This document shows, piece by piece, positions 18,840 through 29,085 of a stretch of DNA of 64,000 bases. The number at the start of each line of letters is the position of its first letter. Within the stretch, counting starts at the first letter, position 1. The position numbers and the translations under genes are program-made. The notes beneath the pieces are model-generated. The model made no database searches, was not told the origin of the DNA, and saw only the letters and a list, made by a program, of their open reading frames with translations. Origin of the DNA: a virus (lineage: Duplodnaviria; Caudoviricetes); IMG/VR virus record IMGVR_UViG_2615840722_000002, positions 3,936 through 67,935 of that record. One strand, given 5' to 3'.

Positions 18840-20072
18840 TTAGCGATGCGAACGCATAAACAAGCTACCAAATGTAGATTTTTGCACCTGTTCTTCTGAA
18901 TGTTCATCATTGTCTGCTGCTTTCGTGATACCACGTGCCTTTTCTACGACTTCAAGACGTTCACCTTGTGTTTTTACAAGACTAGTCAGTTCCTCCAATT
19001 GTTTAGAAATAGTAGTAACAGCCTCTTCTTGTGCTTTTTCTACTTCCGTTGCTTTTTCGCCAGCTTCCTCGGCCTTTTTTTCAACTTCTTCTGTCTTCTC
19101 TGACCCCTTCTCTAACTCGGCTAATTTTTCTCCTTGTGCTTTTACAAGGACAGTCAGTTCGTCAATTGATTTTGTGATTTGCGCTGCTTCTTCTTTTGTC
19201 ACTTCTTCTTCCTCCTTTTGTACCTTATCCGGTGGTTCACCTATTGATTTCATGATGTTATCAGACAGCAAGACCTCATTTAGAATGGTTGTTAAATCAG
19301 TAATTGCCTCCCGTATGGTTTGCTCATCTTCAACAAATTCATATTTGTCTGTCTGCCAGTTGTAGCGACGTACTACGGTTTCGAATGCATGCATGGCGTT
19401 CCAGAATTGATCACGTTTCGTTTGTGCATTGTACGTGTCGGCTACCATACCCTTTGCTACTGATTCTCTGTTCAAGAAAAATTGCTTCACGACATTAAAA
19501 AAGCCCTTTACCTCATCATCTGACTTGGTAAGGACCTTCTCCTGCTCGATATTCTTTTTTTCCTTCTCCACTTTCTTTTCACCACCTTTCTGGATAATCG
19601 TAGCAGTTCCCGCAAGGCTGTATCCTGTATACTCGCCGTTTTTGATGCCATCCCATATTTCTTGTGTTGCTTTTGTGACCAGAACCCATGATCCTTTGCG
19701 TATGACTTCCCCGCTTACTTCAAAATCGGCCGGTGCGATATAGGACTCTACCACTTGTCCAGCTCCAGATGAAAAATCATGCTGTGTATCGATGTTTTGG
19801 GCCTTCATCATGAATCCATGTGCAGCCTTTTCAATCTCTTGTGCAGTCATGTATTCATCGTGTGTATCAAGAATCAATTCATCTTCTGAGCTTGGTTCAT
19901 ATACAACGCCATACACAAGCATTTGTTCATCATCCGCTTTTGTCAGTAACTTAACTTCCTTTTGCCATGTTGGTTGTTCTGCGGACTTTGTAAGAAAGAA
20001 CTTACGTTTATTTGCAGCAGAATCGACGTATGACACATGAGTAACATCTACATTTGTTAACTCCCTTGGCAT
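18840..20072 (-). CDS. xkdF: XkdF-like putative serine protease/scaffold
   Basis: VSYVDSAANKRKFF, VYGVVYEP, VVESYIAP, TGYSLAG; acidic C-terminal scaffold. Confidence 0.88.
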   Translation of the reverse strand: MPRELTNVDVTHVSYVDSAANKRKFFLTKSAEQPTWQKEVKLLTKADDEQMLVYGVVYEPSSEDELILDTHDEYMTAQEIEKAAHGFMMKAQNIDTQHDFSSGAGQVVESYIAPADFEVSGEVIRKGSWVLVTKATQEIWDGIKNGEYTGYSLAGTATIIQKGGEKKVEKEKKNIEQEKVLTKSDDEVKGFFNVVKQFFLNRESVAKGMVADTYNAQTKRDQFWNAMHAFETVVRRYNWQTDKYEFVEDEQTIREAITDLTTILNEVLLSDNIMKSIGEPPDKVQKEEEEVTKEEAAQITKSIDELTVLVKAQGEKLAELEKGSEKTEEVEKKAEEAGEKATEVEKAQEEAVTTISKQLEELTSLVKTQGERLEVVEKARGITKAADNDEHSEEQVQKSTFGSLFMRSHR

Positions 20073-20100
20073 ATTATCACCTCCTTCAATAGCATTTCAT

Positions 20101-21006
20101 TTATACAGCATACCCGCCCAATAGCGTGACTCTTTCTTCTCTTATTTTTTCTTTTTCTTCTTTACTAAGCTTTAGGATATCTTGATTTACACTTGGGACC
20201 ATAACACAATGACAGCGTACCCGATTACGTGCTGAAAACTCCATCGATCGCGGATACATACCAAACTCCCCGCCAACCTGGAATGGTTCCTCTACAGGAA
20301 CGGTTGTATTGCTATATGCTACATGAGCGGGCCTCGGCGTTATCCCCTTTCCACCTGAATGCAGCCATGTTTTGCCCTCGACGGATGGAGACTGACTGAA
20401 TGCTTCTTGAGAAGCGGCACTTGATGCAGCTAGTACCTCTGTGATGGCCGTAGTTTCTGCGCGTTTGCGGTCAAATTCCGGTAATACCTTTATACGATCG
20501 ACAATTTTATCAATCCCTTCTCCGTTTTCAATCCCGGTTCTTATTGCCTTTTCTACGGCTTCATGGCTCGTAAGCTTCATGATTTCACCTAGATATGGAC
20601 CTGTTTTCTCGATCCAATCGACTGTCTTTTGGCTCATAATACTAAATGATATGTCTTTATCAATGCTTGTCATAATATCGCTGGCAAGGTCGGGAATAGT
20701 CTTATATAGCATCTTTTTTGATGATTCGCCTATTTTATCGCCGAAGTCATCAGCAGCGAATAGATTTCCAACCACATAAGCCATAATAGACGCTATCGAT
20801 TCATCTTTAGCGATAAATTCCTTTATACCGTTGATAAAATGTCGCTTTTGTCGGCGCTGTAGCTTAGCGATATCTTTTTCATAATCTGTGATATGGTTTT
20901 TAAGCTTGTCAGCTGACGGAAAGTGTGAAATGTCCAGTTTGTCGTCTGATTTACATATCACGGCATGTATAGAAGAGAGTAGAACTTCGATTTTGTTTGG
21001 TTGCAC
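20101..21006 (-). CDS. minor head morphogenesis protein (Mu gpF/SPP1 gp7 family)
   Basis: RAETTAITE, KTWLHSG, RPAH, RVRCHC. Confidence 0.85.
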   Translation of the reverse strand: MQPNKIEVLLSSIHAVICKSDDKLDISHFPSADKLKNHITDYEKDIAKLQRRQKRHFINGIKEFIAKDESIASIMAYVVGNLFAADDFGDKIGESSKKMLYKTIPDLASDIMTSIDKDISFSIMSQKTVDWIEKTGPYLGEIMKLTSHEAVEKAIRTGIENGEGIDKIVDRIKVLPEFDRKRAETTAITEVLAASSAASQEAFSQSPSVEGKTWLHSGGKGITPRPAHVAYSNTTVPVEEPFQVGGEFGMYPRSMEFSARNRVRCHCVMVPSVNQDILKLSKEEKEKIREERVTLLGGYAV

Positions 21007-21046
21007 CTACACACACCCCCCTTATGGGCGAATAATAAGGTCCTGT

Positions 21047-21385
21047 CTAATCACCTTGTGATACAAAATAAAGATGAGCTTTGGCTAATATGATTTCAGA
21101 TGGTTTGACCTCGAATTCAATGTAGTTCGTCTGCCTTGGAACCCCGTAATCTTTTATCAAATCATCCCATAGAGCAAAATTTTCTTTCGTATCAAGACAT
21201 TGGATATGTGTTTCTCCTTGTAAATTTGCATCAAGGTGTTTTCCTTTAATAAATGAGTTTTGTTTTGGATCAGCATGAAGAACAATTTTAGCTTCAGAAA
21301 GCTGGTCGTTAAAAAACTTATAATGTTTCTGTAGTAACGGCCATATTTCATAACTAGCAAGGACTTGACTAGTGCTTAGAGCCAC
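21047..21385 (-). CDS. hypothetical protein between portal and minor head genes
   Basis: GTG start right after the portal stop. Confidence 0.6.
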   Translation of the reverse strand: MALSTSQVLASYEIWPLLQKHYKFFNDQLSEAKIVLHADPKQNSFIKGKHLDANLQGETHIQCLDTKENFALWDDLIKDYGVPRQTNYIEFEVKPSEIILAKAHLYFVSQGD

Positions 21386-21387
21386 TT

Positions 21388-22896
21388 TTATTCCCTCCCT
21401 TGAAAGTCCTCAAGTACATCGCACAAATCCTTTAGGATTCTAACAACGTCCTGGTTAGCAGCCTTTTGTAATTCGACAGGTTGACTGTTTTGTTGTTGTT
21501 TTTGTAGTGCAATTGGGATATCAGCTTCAGGGATAGCTAGGTTATCTAAATCCCTGTTAAATACCCTCTTGCCGATGTATGCACGTAAATCATTAGGCGT
21601 AATAGCTCCAGCTACATTACCCACACCGATCAAGCGAGTAGCATCCTGTGCATCGCTAATTTCCGGTCCATTAAAGACGACTTCCACATATCGAAAATCG
21701 TATTCAGCTAACAACTTATGATTGATGATAAAGGAAAGAGAGTCGCGTTCTGGCTGAAAGACTTGTTCTTCTGTAATTTGTCTAGCCATATCAGCAGTGG
21801 CGCGGTTAAAATCACGCGAACGACCGATATAGATATCAGGCAATCGAAAAGCGCTTTGTACCTTTTGCCGAGAGTTATCATCATATTCTTGAAATAACGC
21901 ATCTTGCTGCAGCATATCCGCAAGTGATTTTATCTCAATATCAACCTTTGGATTGCTTTCGCCAGGCATCGAACTTTCACTTTCATCTCCCTCCACTTCA
22001 AGTAAGAGAAACTTATGTGCATTGTCCACACCTTCTACACTTTCTGCATATTCTTTAAGAGCAGCTTCACTTTCATCTGATAGTAAGCCGTTCTTAATTA
22101 AGATAGCTAACGGTGTATGCCGGCCCTGTTCGAAATACTTCAGATTAAGTTCTTCGGCTTTTCTTGCACCAGTAATATGAGGTAAGTGTCCAATCCATCG
22201 CGGAATACCATAAGGCCCACTCCCAATTTTCAAGTGAATGATTTCATGAGCTTGATGTTCTTCTGGGGTATTAACGTCATATTCTCCAGTACGGCTGTCC
22301 ATAATTCGTGGATCACCGAATTCTTTAAACCATACTTTTTTTCCTTTTGTCTCCTGAATATATTTTCTGAATCTCTTCTTGATAGGGATAGTAGTTCCGT
22401 TTATGTTGATGGAGACGGCCTCCCCTTTTTTGGTCACTTTCATTGTTTCAGGATTGACATTCTCCAATCCAACTGGTTTATTTAGTCCATCGCGAATTAC
22501 TTCGATATATCCATTTCCGGTTTCTTCTCTATCGGCTATACCTTGTCCCCATATATCTTTATGAGGTTTGTCGAAGTTGAATTGCCTTAGTAATAGTCGC
22601 ATGGTTTCCCATTCTTTTTTCATTTCATCCGTTTCATCACCAACTGAGTCATCATCTCGATACACAGTAGATAGCCCGAATCCGCAAATATTTTGTTTAT
22701 ATGCGGTAATACATTGCTGAAGAATTGTGCTATTTTCAACAATAACCTTGAGTATTCGTGGTGGATATTTTGGCATAATAATTTCGGTATAAACACTATC
22801 CGCCTCATAGTCTGACAACTCTTGTTTGCTTACAACACTAGTTCCAATAGATTGTCCCGATTTTATTACTCTTGCCCTCACTGTTTTTTGTTTCAT
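21388..22896 (-). CDS. xkdE: portal protein, PBSX family (XkdE-like)
   Basis: TGNGYIEVIR, WFKEFGDPR, YGIPRW, DFNRATA. Confidence 0.92.
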   Translation of the reverse strand: MKQKTVRARVIKSGQSIGTSVVSKQELSDYEADSVYTEIIMPKYPPRILKVIVENSTILQQCITAYKQNICGFGLSTVYRDDDSVGDETDEMKKEWETMRLLLRQFNFDKPHKDIWGQGIADREETGNGYIEVIRDGLNKPVGLENVNPETMKVTKKGEAVSININGTTIPIKKRFRKYIQETKGKKVWFKEFGDPRIMDSRTGEYDVNTPEEHQAHEIIHLKIGSGPYGIPRWIGHLPHITGARKAEELNLKYFEQGRHTPLAILIKNGLLSDESEAALKEYAESVEGVDNAHKFLLLEVEGDESESSMPGESNPKVDIEIKSLADMLQQDALFQEYDDNSRQKVQSAFRLPDIYIGRSRDFNRATADMARQITEEQVFQPERDSLSFIINHKLLAEYDFRYVEVVFNGPEISDAQDATRLIGVGNVAGAITPNDLRAYIGKRVFNRDLDNLAIPEADIPIALQKQQQNSQPVELQKAANQDVVRILKDLCDVLEDFQGRE

Positions 22897-22911
22897 GCCT
22901 TCACCTCCAAT

Positions 22912-24357
22912 CTAATACAAATTTCTTCTTCCTTTTTTCTTTCTTTCTTCACGCGCTCTTGCTTTTCTTTGACGATGGTAGTCATTATATAAAGCATAAC
23001 GCTTCGAATCCTGGGTATGGTTTTCTTTGTCTTCTGGCTCTTCTTTACTTCCACCATCCTTGTTATCTTTGTACCGATAGTTCTCAGTTTCTTTGATGGT
23101 GTTGCGTAAAGAACGGGAAATATAAAGATTAGGGCGTTTCGTGTCCTCCTTCACTTTGTATAAACTGCTTACATGTCTGATACCAGGACCAATTGTGTTA
23201 TCTGCTGGAATTACAGGCAATCCGTATCTTCGGTAGGTAGCGATATATTCTGTTCCAGACGGGTCTGCCCAAATTTCATTCATAGGGTACTTTTCATGGA
23301 GCTCTTTATACCGCTTGACTAAGCAATCCTCTAGATTCCCCGTATTATCTACTACAAGAACATTGATCTGTGACGCGTACCTTTCTTCAATAATGTAGTA
23401 ATCTTCATCTGTACAGCCAATAACGAGAAGGACAGCCGGGTCATTCCATCCGTGGTCCAATCCGCCGATATAGCGTTTGAACATCACTTCCCGGACAGTC
23501 CCATCCGGATAAGTAACCTGGAATAGCCTCCTCTTTAAATCGATGGGTTCAATGTCTACTAAATGAACATTACGGTCAAATTCTTCGTATACCTGACCAT
23601 GGAAAACGTTGAATTTAGCGTATATCTCACGTTTTACGTACCGTTCTGGATACGTTTCGATCATCCGCTTAATATTCTTCTGTAGTTCAGGAATTGGATT
23701 ATCAACGGAAGTCCAATAGAAGTTTCTCCATTCAGGGTCATTCTCATATCGGTCTTCTTCCAGTCCGGCATCGATAAACTGACCTTTCAGCACAATATCT
23801 TCTGCAAACCAGTTAATCCCCTCTGGCGTTGTCGTCCAGATGGTCCACCCGCCCTTATCTGCCAAAGCGTATGCCAAATAACCAGACCATGTTTCCGGCT
23901 TCATCTTAGAGGCCTCATCTAACCACACACCATCAAGGCCACGACCTACTAACTTTTTAGGATTGTCAGCAGACTTAAAGCGGATAAGAACGTACCCCTT
24001 GAGCCATATAAAGTTACCGGATGCATTCCAGTCCTCTATCATGTCTTCTGGAATGACAAGAGATAGCTCCTCTTGTTGAATCTCGGACATGTTGTAGTCA
24101 GGAGCTACACACCAATATTCGAGGCGTGCTTTCGGCTTTTTGATTTTCTTTCGATTTTTGGGCGGCTTATAGGGCAATCCTTTGCCACTTTCAATATCAG
24201 CAAGAATGTTGTCGAAGAATTTACGAGCGCCTACATTCGTTTTTCCTCCCCGGCGGCCACAATTCATGACGACATTTCTGGCGGTGCTCTCCATAACTTC
24301 AATTTGTTTAGCATGGGGATTCCAACCCTCAAAAGGATCAATGGCTAGACTTGTCAC
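22912..24357 (-). CDS. terL: terminase large subunit
   Basis: Walker A CGRRGGKT, Walker B VWLDEA, TTTPEG, DHGWNDP, DKENHTQDSKRY. Confidence 0.93.
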   Translation of the reverse strand: MTSLAIDPFEGWNPHAKQIEVMESTARNVVMNCGRRGGKTNVGARKFFDNILADIESGKGLPYKPPKNRKKIKKPKARLEYWCVAPDYNMSEIQQEELSLVIPEDMIEDWNASGNFIWLKGYVLIRFKSADNPKKLVGRGLDGVWLDEASKMKPETWSGYLAYALADKGGWTIWTTTPEGINWFAEDIVLKGQFIDAGLEEDRYENDPEWRNFYWTSVDNPIPELQKNIKRMIETYPERYVKREIYAKFNVFHGQVYEEFDRNVHLVDIEPIDLKRRLFQVTYPDGTVREVMFKRYIGGLDHGWNDPAVLLVIGCTDEDYYIIEERYASQINVLVVDNTGNLEDCLVKRYKELHEKYPMNEIWADPSGTEYIATYRRYGLPVIPADNTIGPGIRHVSSLYKVKEDTKRPNLYISRSLRNTIKETENYRYKDNKDGGSKEEPEDKENHTQDSKRYALYNDYHRQRKARAREERKKKGRRNLY

Positions 24358-25171
24358 ACGACCACCTCCGCACAACAAGTTCTGTAGGTATATCCTCTTT
24401 ATCTGGCTTTTTCATAAGTTCCAGCTTTTCTTTTTCGATTTGGAGCTTTTCTTGTTGTACTTTCATACTTTGCTCCATTTGAGCAAGCTGCAGACGGCGG
24501 TGATCATCTTCTCCACTCAATGTCATGTAATCTTTAATCAATCCGCGAAGTTCTGACATAGCCCGCGAATAGGCATTCATAGCACTTGCTTGCTTATCCC
24601 AAGCGTGTTGGTACTCCCACTGTTCTTCGTCCCCGAACTCACCGGGTTTCACTTTTGTAAGAACGCGTGTTTCATCGAACTTATCCTCTACAAAAAGAAT
24701 TTGTTGAGAACGGATAATATTCGTATGCTTGATTACGATCGCATCCCACAACATTTCTAGTGGGCCGCGTTCGTTAATAGCTTCCATCAGTTCGATAGTA
24801 TCTTCATCATCCGGAAGGAACTTACGGAAGAGGCCGTGGGTTACTGCATTAGAGTTTCGTTCTGGCGCTCCATGACCAGCAGCGTTCCGGTTCCCTAGGG
24901 GCGGTCCGCCTCGATTTCCCTTCGCATTTTGGTTTCCTTTTGGAGCACCCCCCTTATTGGAGCGTTCCTTTTTCTCAGATGGAGCGCTCCCTTTCGTATT
25001 GTGGAGCGTTCCATTTAATTGATCATCCCATTTATCCATTGATTTCCACTTACGAATTTTGGAATCGGACACTCCAAGCGCTTCAGCGATATCCTTTAAT
25101 TTCATTTTTCCATCGCTGTTACACCACATTTCAAACGCTCTGTCTCTGTCTGGACTTCTTGCTCTTGCCAC
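24338..25171 (-). CDS. terS: terminase small subunit (XtmA-like)
   Basis: MARARSPDRDRA HTH, GGAPKGNQNA, NAVTHGLF, QHAWDKQA. Confidence 0.9.
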   Translation of the reverse strand: MARARSPDRDRAFEMWCNSDGKMKLKDIAEALGVSDSKIRKWKSMDKWDDQLNGTLHNTKGSAPSEKKERSNKGGAPKGNQNAKGNRGGPPLGNRNAAGHGAPERNSNAVTHGLFRKFLPDDEDTIELMEAINERGPLEMLWDAIVIKHTNIIRSQQILFVEDKFDETRVLTKVKPGEFGDEEQWEYQHAWDKQASAMNAYSRAMSELRGLIKDYMTLSGEDDHRRLQLAQMEQSMKVQQEKLQIEKEKLELMKKPDKEDIPTELVVRRWSCDKSSH

Positions 25172-25551
25172 TACATCATCACCACCACCTGAAGTTGATT
25201 TTTTCCAATAGAAAAGGTCGCTCGAATGAGCGACCTAATATGCATATAACTTGTATGTCCGATAACCTGAATTATGTTAACAACCTTTATTCCCCTGCAT
25301 TTAATCGGCTTGGTTAGCCCGTGTTTATGCAGGATTTTATACATTCATGAAAAAGCCTGATTTCATCGTGTGTTTCATTTTTGATTGCAACAGTTTGAAT
25401 GCATAAAATCGTGCATAATGTTTTTGCGAAAATCTCGTTTATCTGCCCCTAACATATCATATTTTCATCCGAAAATACACAATGTAAAATAATGGGTTGA
25501 GTTATTTGTTTTGCAAAAGAGAAAAAGAAAAGCCACTCCAGAGAGAGTAGC

Positions 25552-26328
25552 TTATGCTTCTAATCCATTTACAAAGTTATTTTTTAAGTAGGTATGATAT
25601 GAAGATAGAGCAAACATATCAAAAGTTTCATCTTTATAACCAGATGGCATTATGAACCTTATTATTGAATCAAAATATCTTTTAAATGCAATATCAAACT
25701 CCATTAATTTACTTTTCCATTCATTTATATCCCATTCTTCTCTTGATAACATTTTTGGAGCAAAATTATCTACTGTTATTGAGAAGCGCTTTGAATTTCT
25801 TCCTAGACCTTCAAAATAGAATGTTCCCCGATGCTTTATATAGTTATACTTTTCCCTTATAAGTTTCGTTAAATGCATATCAAAAAAGCCGACTATATGA
25901 TCTCTTATTTTTATTTTACGGAGTAATGTTAATTCATAACTTAATTCTGGCAACTTACATCTGTTCATAGCTCTAAGAAACTCTTTCTCATCATTTATGA
26001 TTTCATATTTATCTTCTATATAATAAACCCATACTACTTGCCATGATAAATCAATACAGTAATTATAAAAAGCTAAGGCATCCATTAAAAACCTAGCCCT
26101 TATATATGTAAGATGCAGATCGTCATGTTTAGATATAAGCTGCCCATAGTTATCAACTTCCATATCCGATAAACAAGCTCTTCCATGGCAGAAGGCATGA
26201 TACACATCTACGATTTTAAATCCTGCAGCAATCTCTCCTGGTCTATACAGACAATAATGCATCTCATGCGGGTTGTATTTTATCCAGGTATGAACATCAT
26301 AATTTTCATACAGGTACTCTACATTCAT
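25552..26328 (-). CDS. HEPN-like protein (Cthe_2314-type), AT-rich moron
   Basis: ALAFYNYCIDLSWQ and IREKYNYIKHRG; own RBS and terminator. Confidence 0.55.
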   Translation of the reverse strand: MNVEYLYENYDVHTWIKYNPHEMHYCLYRPGEIAAGFKIVDVYHAFCHGRACLSDMEVDNYGQLISKHDDLHLTYIRARFLMDALAFYNYCIDLSWQVVWVYYIEDKYEIINDEKEFLRAMNRCKLPELSYELTLLRKIKIRDHIVGFFDMHLTKLIREKYNYIKHRGTFYFEGLGRNSKRFSITVDNFAPKMLSREEWDINEWKSKLMEFDIAFKRYFDSIIRFIMPSGYKDETFDMFALSSYHTYLKNNFVNGLEA

Positions 26329-26593
26329 CTATATCCCTCCCGCCCACTTATTCGACAGAAGAGATATATTTCCTCTTACCAATCCATCCTTTTATTCCGC
26401 CGCTCTCTACATTTTTCTTAACGCTCACCTGTTTTGGTGAACGTTACTGTATAATTTACTTAACAGGCTCAGTGACAGGGTCCCTGCTGTAGTCCGCAGG
26501 ATTATTCCCAATAAAAGTAAGCCTATGACCAACTTTTATAGGTAGGGGCAATTTGACCCACCCCTTTACCAGTCAATTTATTCAATAAGATAC

Positions 26594-26797
26594 TTATCTA
26601 TTTGCATTCCCTGGATTAATTCCATGAGCAATGACGATTTGTAATGCTTGCTGTGCATTAAAGCCTTTATCCATTAATGCTTTGTAATACTCAAACATGG
26701 ATTCTGATACTACCTGACACAATTTAATGTGATTACCCATATCTCTCTTAATTTTGTCGATCGCTAATTCAAATTCCATTTGCTCATGTGGTAACAT
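26594..26797 (-). CDS. small helical hypothetical protein
   Basis: EYYKALMDKGFNAQQALQIV; paralog of 27347..27577. Confidence 0.7.
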   Translation of the reverse strand: MLPHEQMEFELAIDKIKRDMGNHIKLCQVVSESMFEYYKALMDKGFNAQQALQIVIAHGINPGNANR

Positions 26798-26814
26798 GTT
26801 ATATCCCCTCTCCT

Positions 26815-27243
26815 TTAATCCTCGTTAATCAATATCCGCGCTGGTCCTTGTACTGCTGGAAATGGAGTCCATCTTCCATTCTCCTCCCATTTGGTCATTG
26901 GAAGTGACTCTTCAGGAGTAACGATGATTTCCCGCACGCCCTCACGCTTCACCAGCTCCGCATGTAGCTCGCATGTAGATACTTTTGATAAATCAATTGG
27001 CGTAGGTTCGATGATTTTACAGTTGTTGATCAACTGACCGAGAAATAACACCCTATGCAACAGAAAATCCTTTTCACGCTCTAAGGCTTCTTTTTCAAAC
27101 CCTTTCGCTTTTTGTATTTCCGCTCTTATATTCAGCAGTCTCTCTTTAAGGATACGTTCCCGTTCCTGCACAATCTTGCTGTATCCTTCTGGCGTTAACC
27201 TTACAGGATTCTTGTCACCGCGTTTCTTTTTACAATTCCTCAT
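26815..27243 (-). CDS. GreA N-terminal-like coiled coil fused to a BC1881-like domain
   Basis: LTPEGYSKIVQERE...IQKAKGF/E...RV..L...INNCKIIE plus STCELHAELVKREGV...GPARILIN. Confidence 0.65.
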   Translation of the reverse strand: MRNCKKKRGDKNPVRLTPEGYSKIVQERERILKERLLNIRAEIQKAKGFEKEALEREKDFLLHRVLFLGQLINNCKIIEPTPIDLSKVSTCELHAELVKREGVREIIVTPEESLPMTKWEENGRWTPFPAVQGPARILINED

Positions 27244-27346
27244 CTTCTTCATCCCTTTCTGTTTTTTCACACCTTGGGCAGAATTCAGTATCGCAACACG
27301 GACATTTAACAAAGAAGAGCTCCCTGCATTCTTCACAGTCGTACAT

Positions 27347-27577
27347 TTACAAATTACCTACCCGCGCTCCATGCGCCTTGATAATTTCTAAGGCTTCTAC
27401 TTCAGTAAACCCTTCCTTAATAAGCGCCTTTTTGTATTCGAACATCATTTGGGATAGAATGGCGCAGCGTTCAATATGATTTGGTAAATCATCTATTAGT
27501 GCTTTGATAACCATTTTAAAGTCCGTTTTTTCTCCTGGAGCTGCTAAACGTAAATTACGATTGTTCATCGGTTTCAC
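27347..27577 (-). CDS. small helical hypothetical protein
   Basis: EYKKALIKEGFTEVEALEII; paralog of 26594..26797. Confidence 0.65.
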   Translation of the reverse strand: MKPMNNRNLRLAAPGEKTDFKMVIKALIDDLPNHIERCAILSQMMFEYKKALIKEGFTEVEALEIIKAHGARVGNL

Positions 27578-27849
27578 CCTTTCATTAATCTATCGTTCAC
27601 ACCCCGAACCGCCTCTCAACCGGTATACTGTCTCCTATAGACCGGTACTGTGATCAGTTCCCACCTATGTCTTATTGCGACAGGAGAAGGACTCAGGATG
27701 CCAACGATAGAAGCAGAGGAAGGCGTCTCTGCTTATCGGTTGCGCTTTATGCAAATGTATCAAGTCCCGCGAGGAAACATTTGAAAGCAGAATAGGAGTT
27801 TTTGTTAAGGTGCTCCAACACCGTATAAACACAATATGTTGACTACTAC

Positions 27850-28176
27850 TTACTCAACGATCATCCAATCTTCTGCTAAAACGTCACTCGTACTTGGCGT
27901 CCACATAGCATGGGTACCGTCTGCACATCTTAATTGCAGATAAGGTCTGCATTTGAACAAATCCCCTTCGTTCATTCCCCATGTCTTTGCTGTTTGTGCA
28001 TTGCAAGGTATTCCGTCTGGGTATCCTTTTTGATATGCCGCAAACATTCCTTTACCATTCCATCCAGCACGAGTTACCTTGTACCCTTCTTTCATAAGGT
28101 CAACAGCTAACCCGATACCGAACTGCGCTTTAGTTTCGATCATTTGTTCTACAGTTACACCATTAAGATTTTCCAT
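27850..28176 (-). CDS. DUF2829 / Tad2-like protein
   Basis: KEGYKVTRAGWNGKGMF...PYLQLR..DG...WTPSTSDVLAEDW. Confidence 0.85.
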   Translation of the reverse strand: MENLNGVTVEQMIETKAQFGIGLAVDLMKEGYKVTRAGWNGKGMFAAYQKGYPDGIPCNAQTAKTWGMNEGDLFKCRPYLQLRCADGTHAMWTPSTSDVLAEDWMIVE

Positions 28177-28653
28177 TGTTTTCACCTGCCTTTCTTGTTT
28201 ATGCGTCTGCATCCCGCCTGCATTTATCAACGCATTTTCCCTCCCAATAAAAAAACACTGTTTTACGGGGACAGTAGCCGAACCCTTTGTAGGCGACAAA
28301 CTATAAGTAAATCGCAAAATAAAAAGCCGCCTGTTGGCGACGATTATTACTTCCTTATTTGTTCATAGTCGTTCAGCATATTTTTGAGACTCCGCTCTAC
28401 TTCCTCTAATGATGCGTACTCACGATTGGTTTCTATATGCCACAGGATATTTTTAATCCCATTCATTACAGATGTTAAGTAGTCCATATAAAGAACCGCC
28501 TTAAAAGCTAACTATATCCGCGTATTTATCCGCTAACCAATCAAAAAGCGACCTATCATATTGAATGGGTACGCAATACAACGCAACAAGATATACGGGA
28601 TTAAGAGGAGAAGTACCAGGACTCCAATTCCTTCAAAGGGATTGAACATGTCA

Positions 28654-28851
28654 TCACTTCCTTTTACCTTTCTTCATATTCCGTTTCTTCCGCTCCCACC
28701 GCAGCCGTTCCCGCTCCCGATGAGCATTCACGCATTCTTCCCATTCCGCTTTTGGATGAGGCATTGTAATAACTAGATGCCGTACAGACGGTTGTTTTTG
28801 CTCCATAGAATATTCCTCCACATTTCCTCCATAGCCATATGTCATTTTCAT
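28654..28851 (-). CDS. small basic hypothetical protein
   Basis: Overlaps 28664..28981; one or both may be real. Confidence 0.4.
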   Translation of the reverse strand: MKMTYGYGGNVEEYSMEQKQPSVRHLVITMPHPKAEWEECVNAHRERERLRWERKKRNMKKGKRK

Positions 28852-28981
28852 TCTCGTATTGGGTCTGGCGTCTCTCTTCGTATATTGCTTCCCATCTATC
28901 TGCCAGTTCCCGAAGCTTCTTTCTAATCGTATCCAGGTCAGCCAGTGAAAGGATTGCTATAACTACATCTTTAAGCCCCAA
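28664..28981 (-). CDS. hypothetical protein
   Basis: GGAGG upstream; C-terminal half uncertain. Confidence 0.45.
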   Translation of the reverse strand: MGLKDVVIAILSLADLDTIRKKLRELADRWEAIYEERRQTQYENENDIWLWRKCGGIFYGAKTTVCTASSYYNASSKSGMGRMRECSSGAGTAAVGAEETEYEER

Positions 28982-29085
28982 ACATATCCGCCTCCCTTGT
29001 TTTATACCAACAAAAAAAGCACAGGCAAGTTGTCTTGACTGTAATTCGATAATCTCGTCAATACTGGTTAAAAAAAGAATCGAAG

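Noticed and set aside
521-24556. Many plus-strand ORFs over the structural genes
   Set aside because: Antisense shadows of real minus-strand genes, without RBS or motifs
26420-26580. tRNA-like hairpins in the late region
   Set aside because: No cloverleaf, T-loop or CCA could be built; only isolated stems
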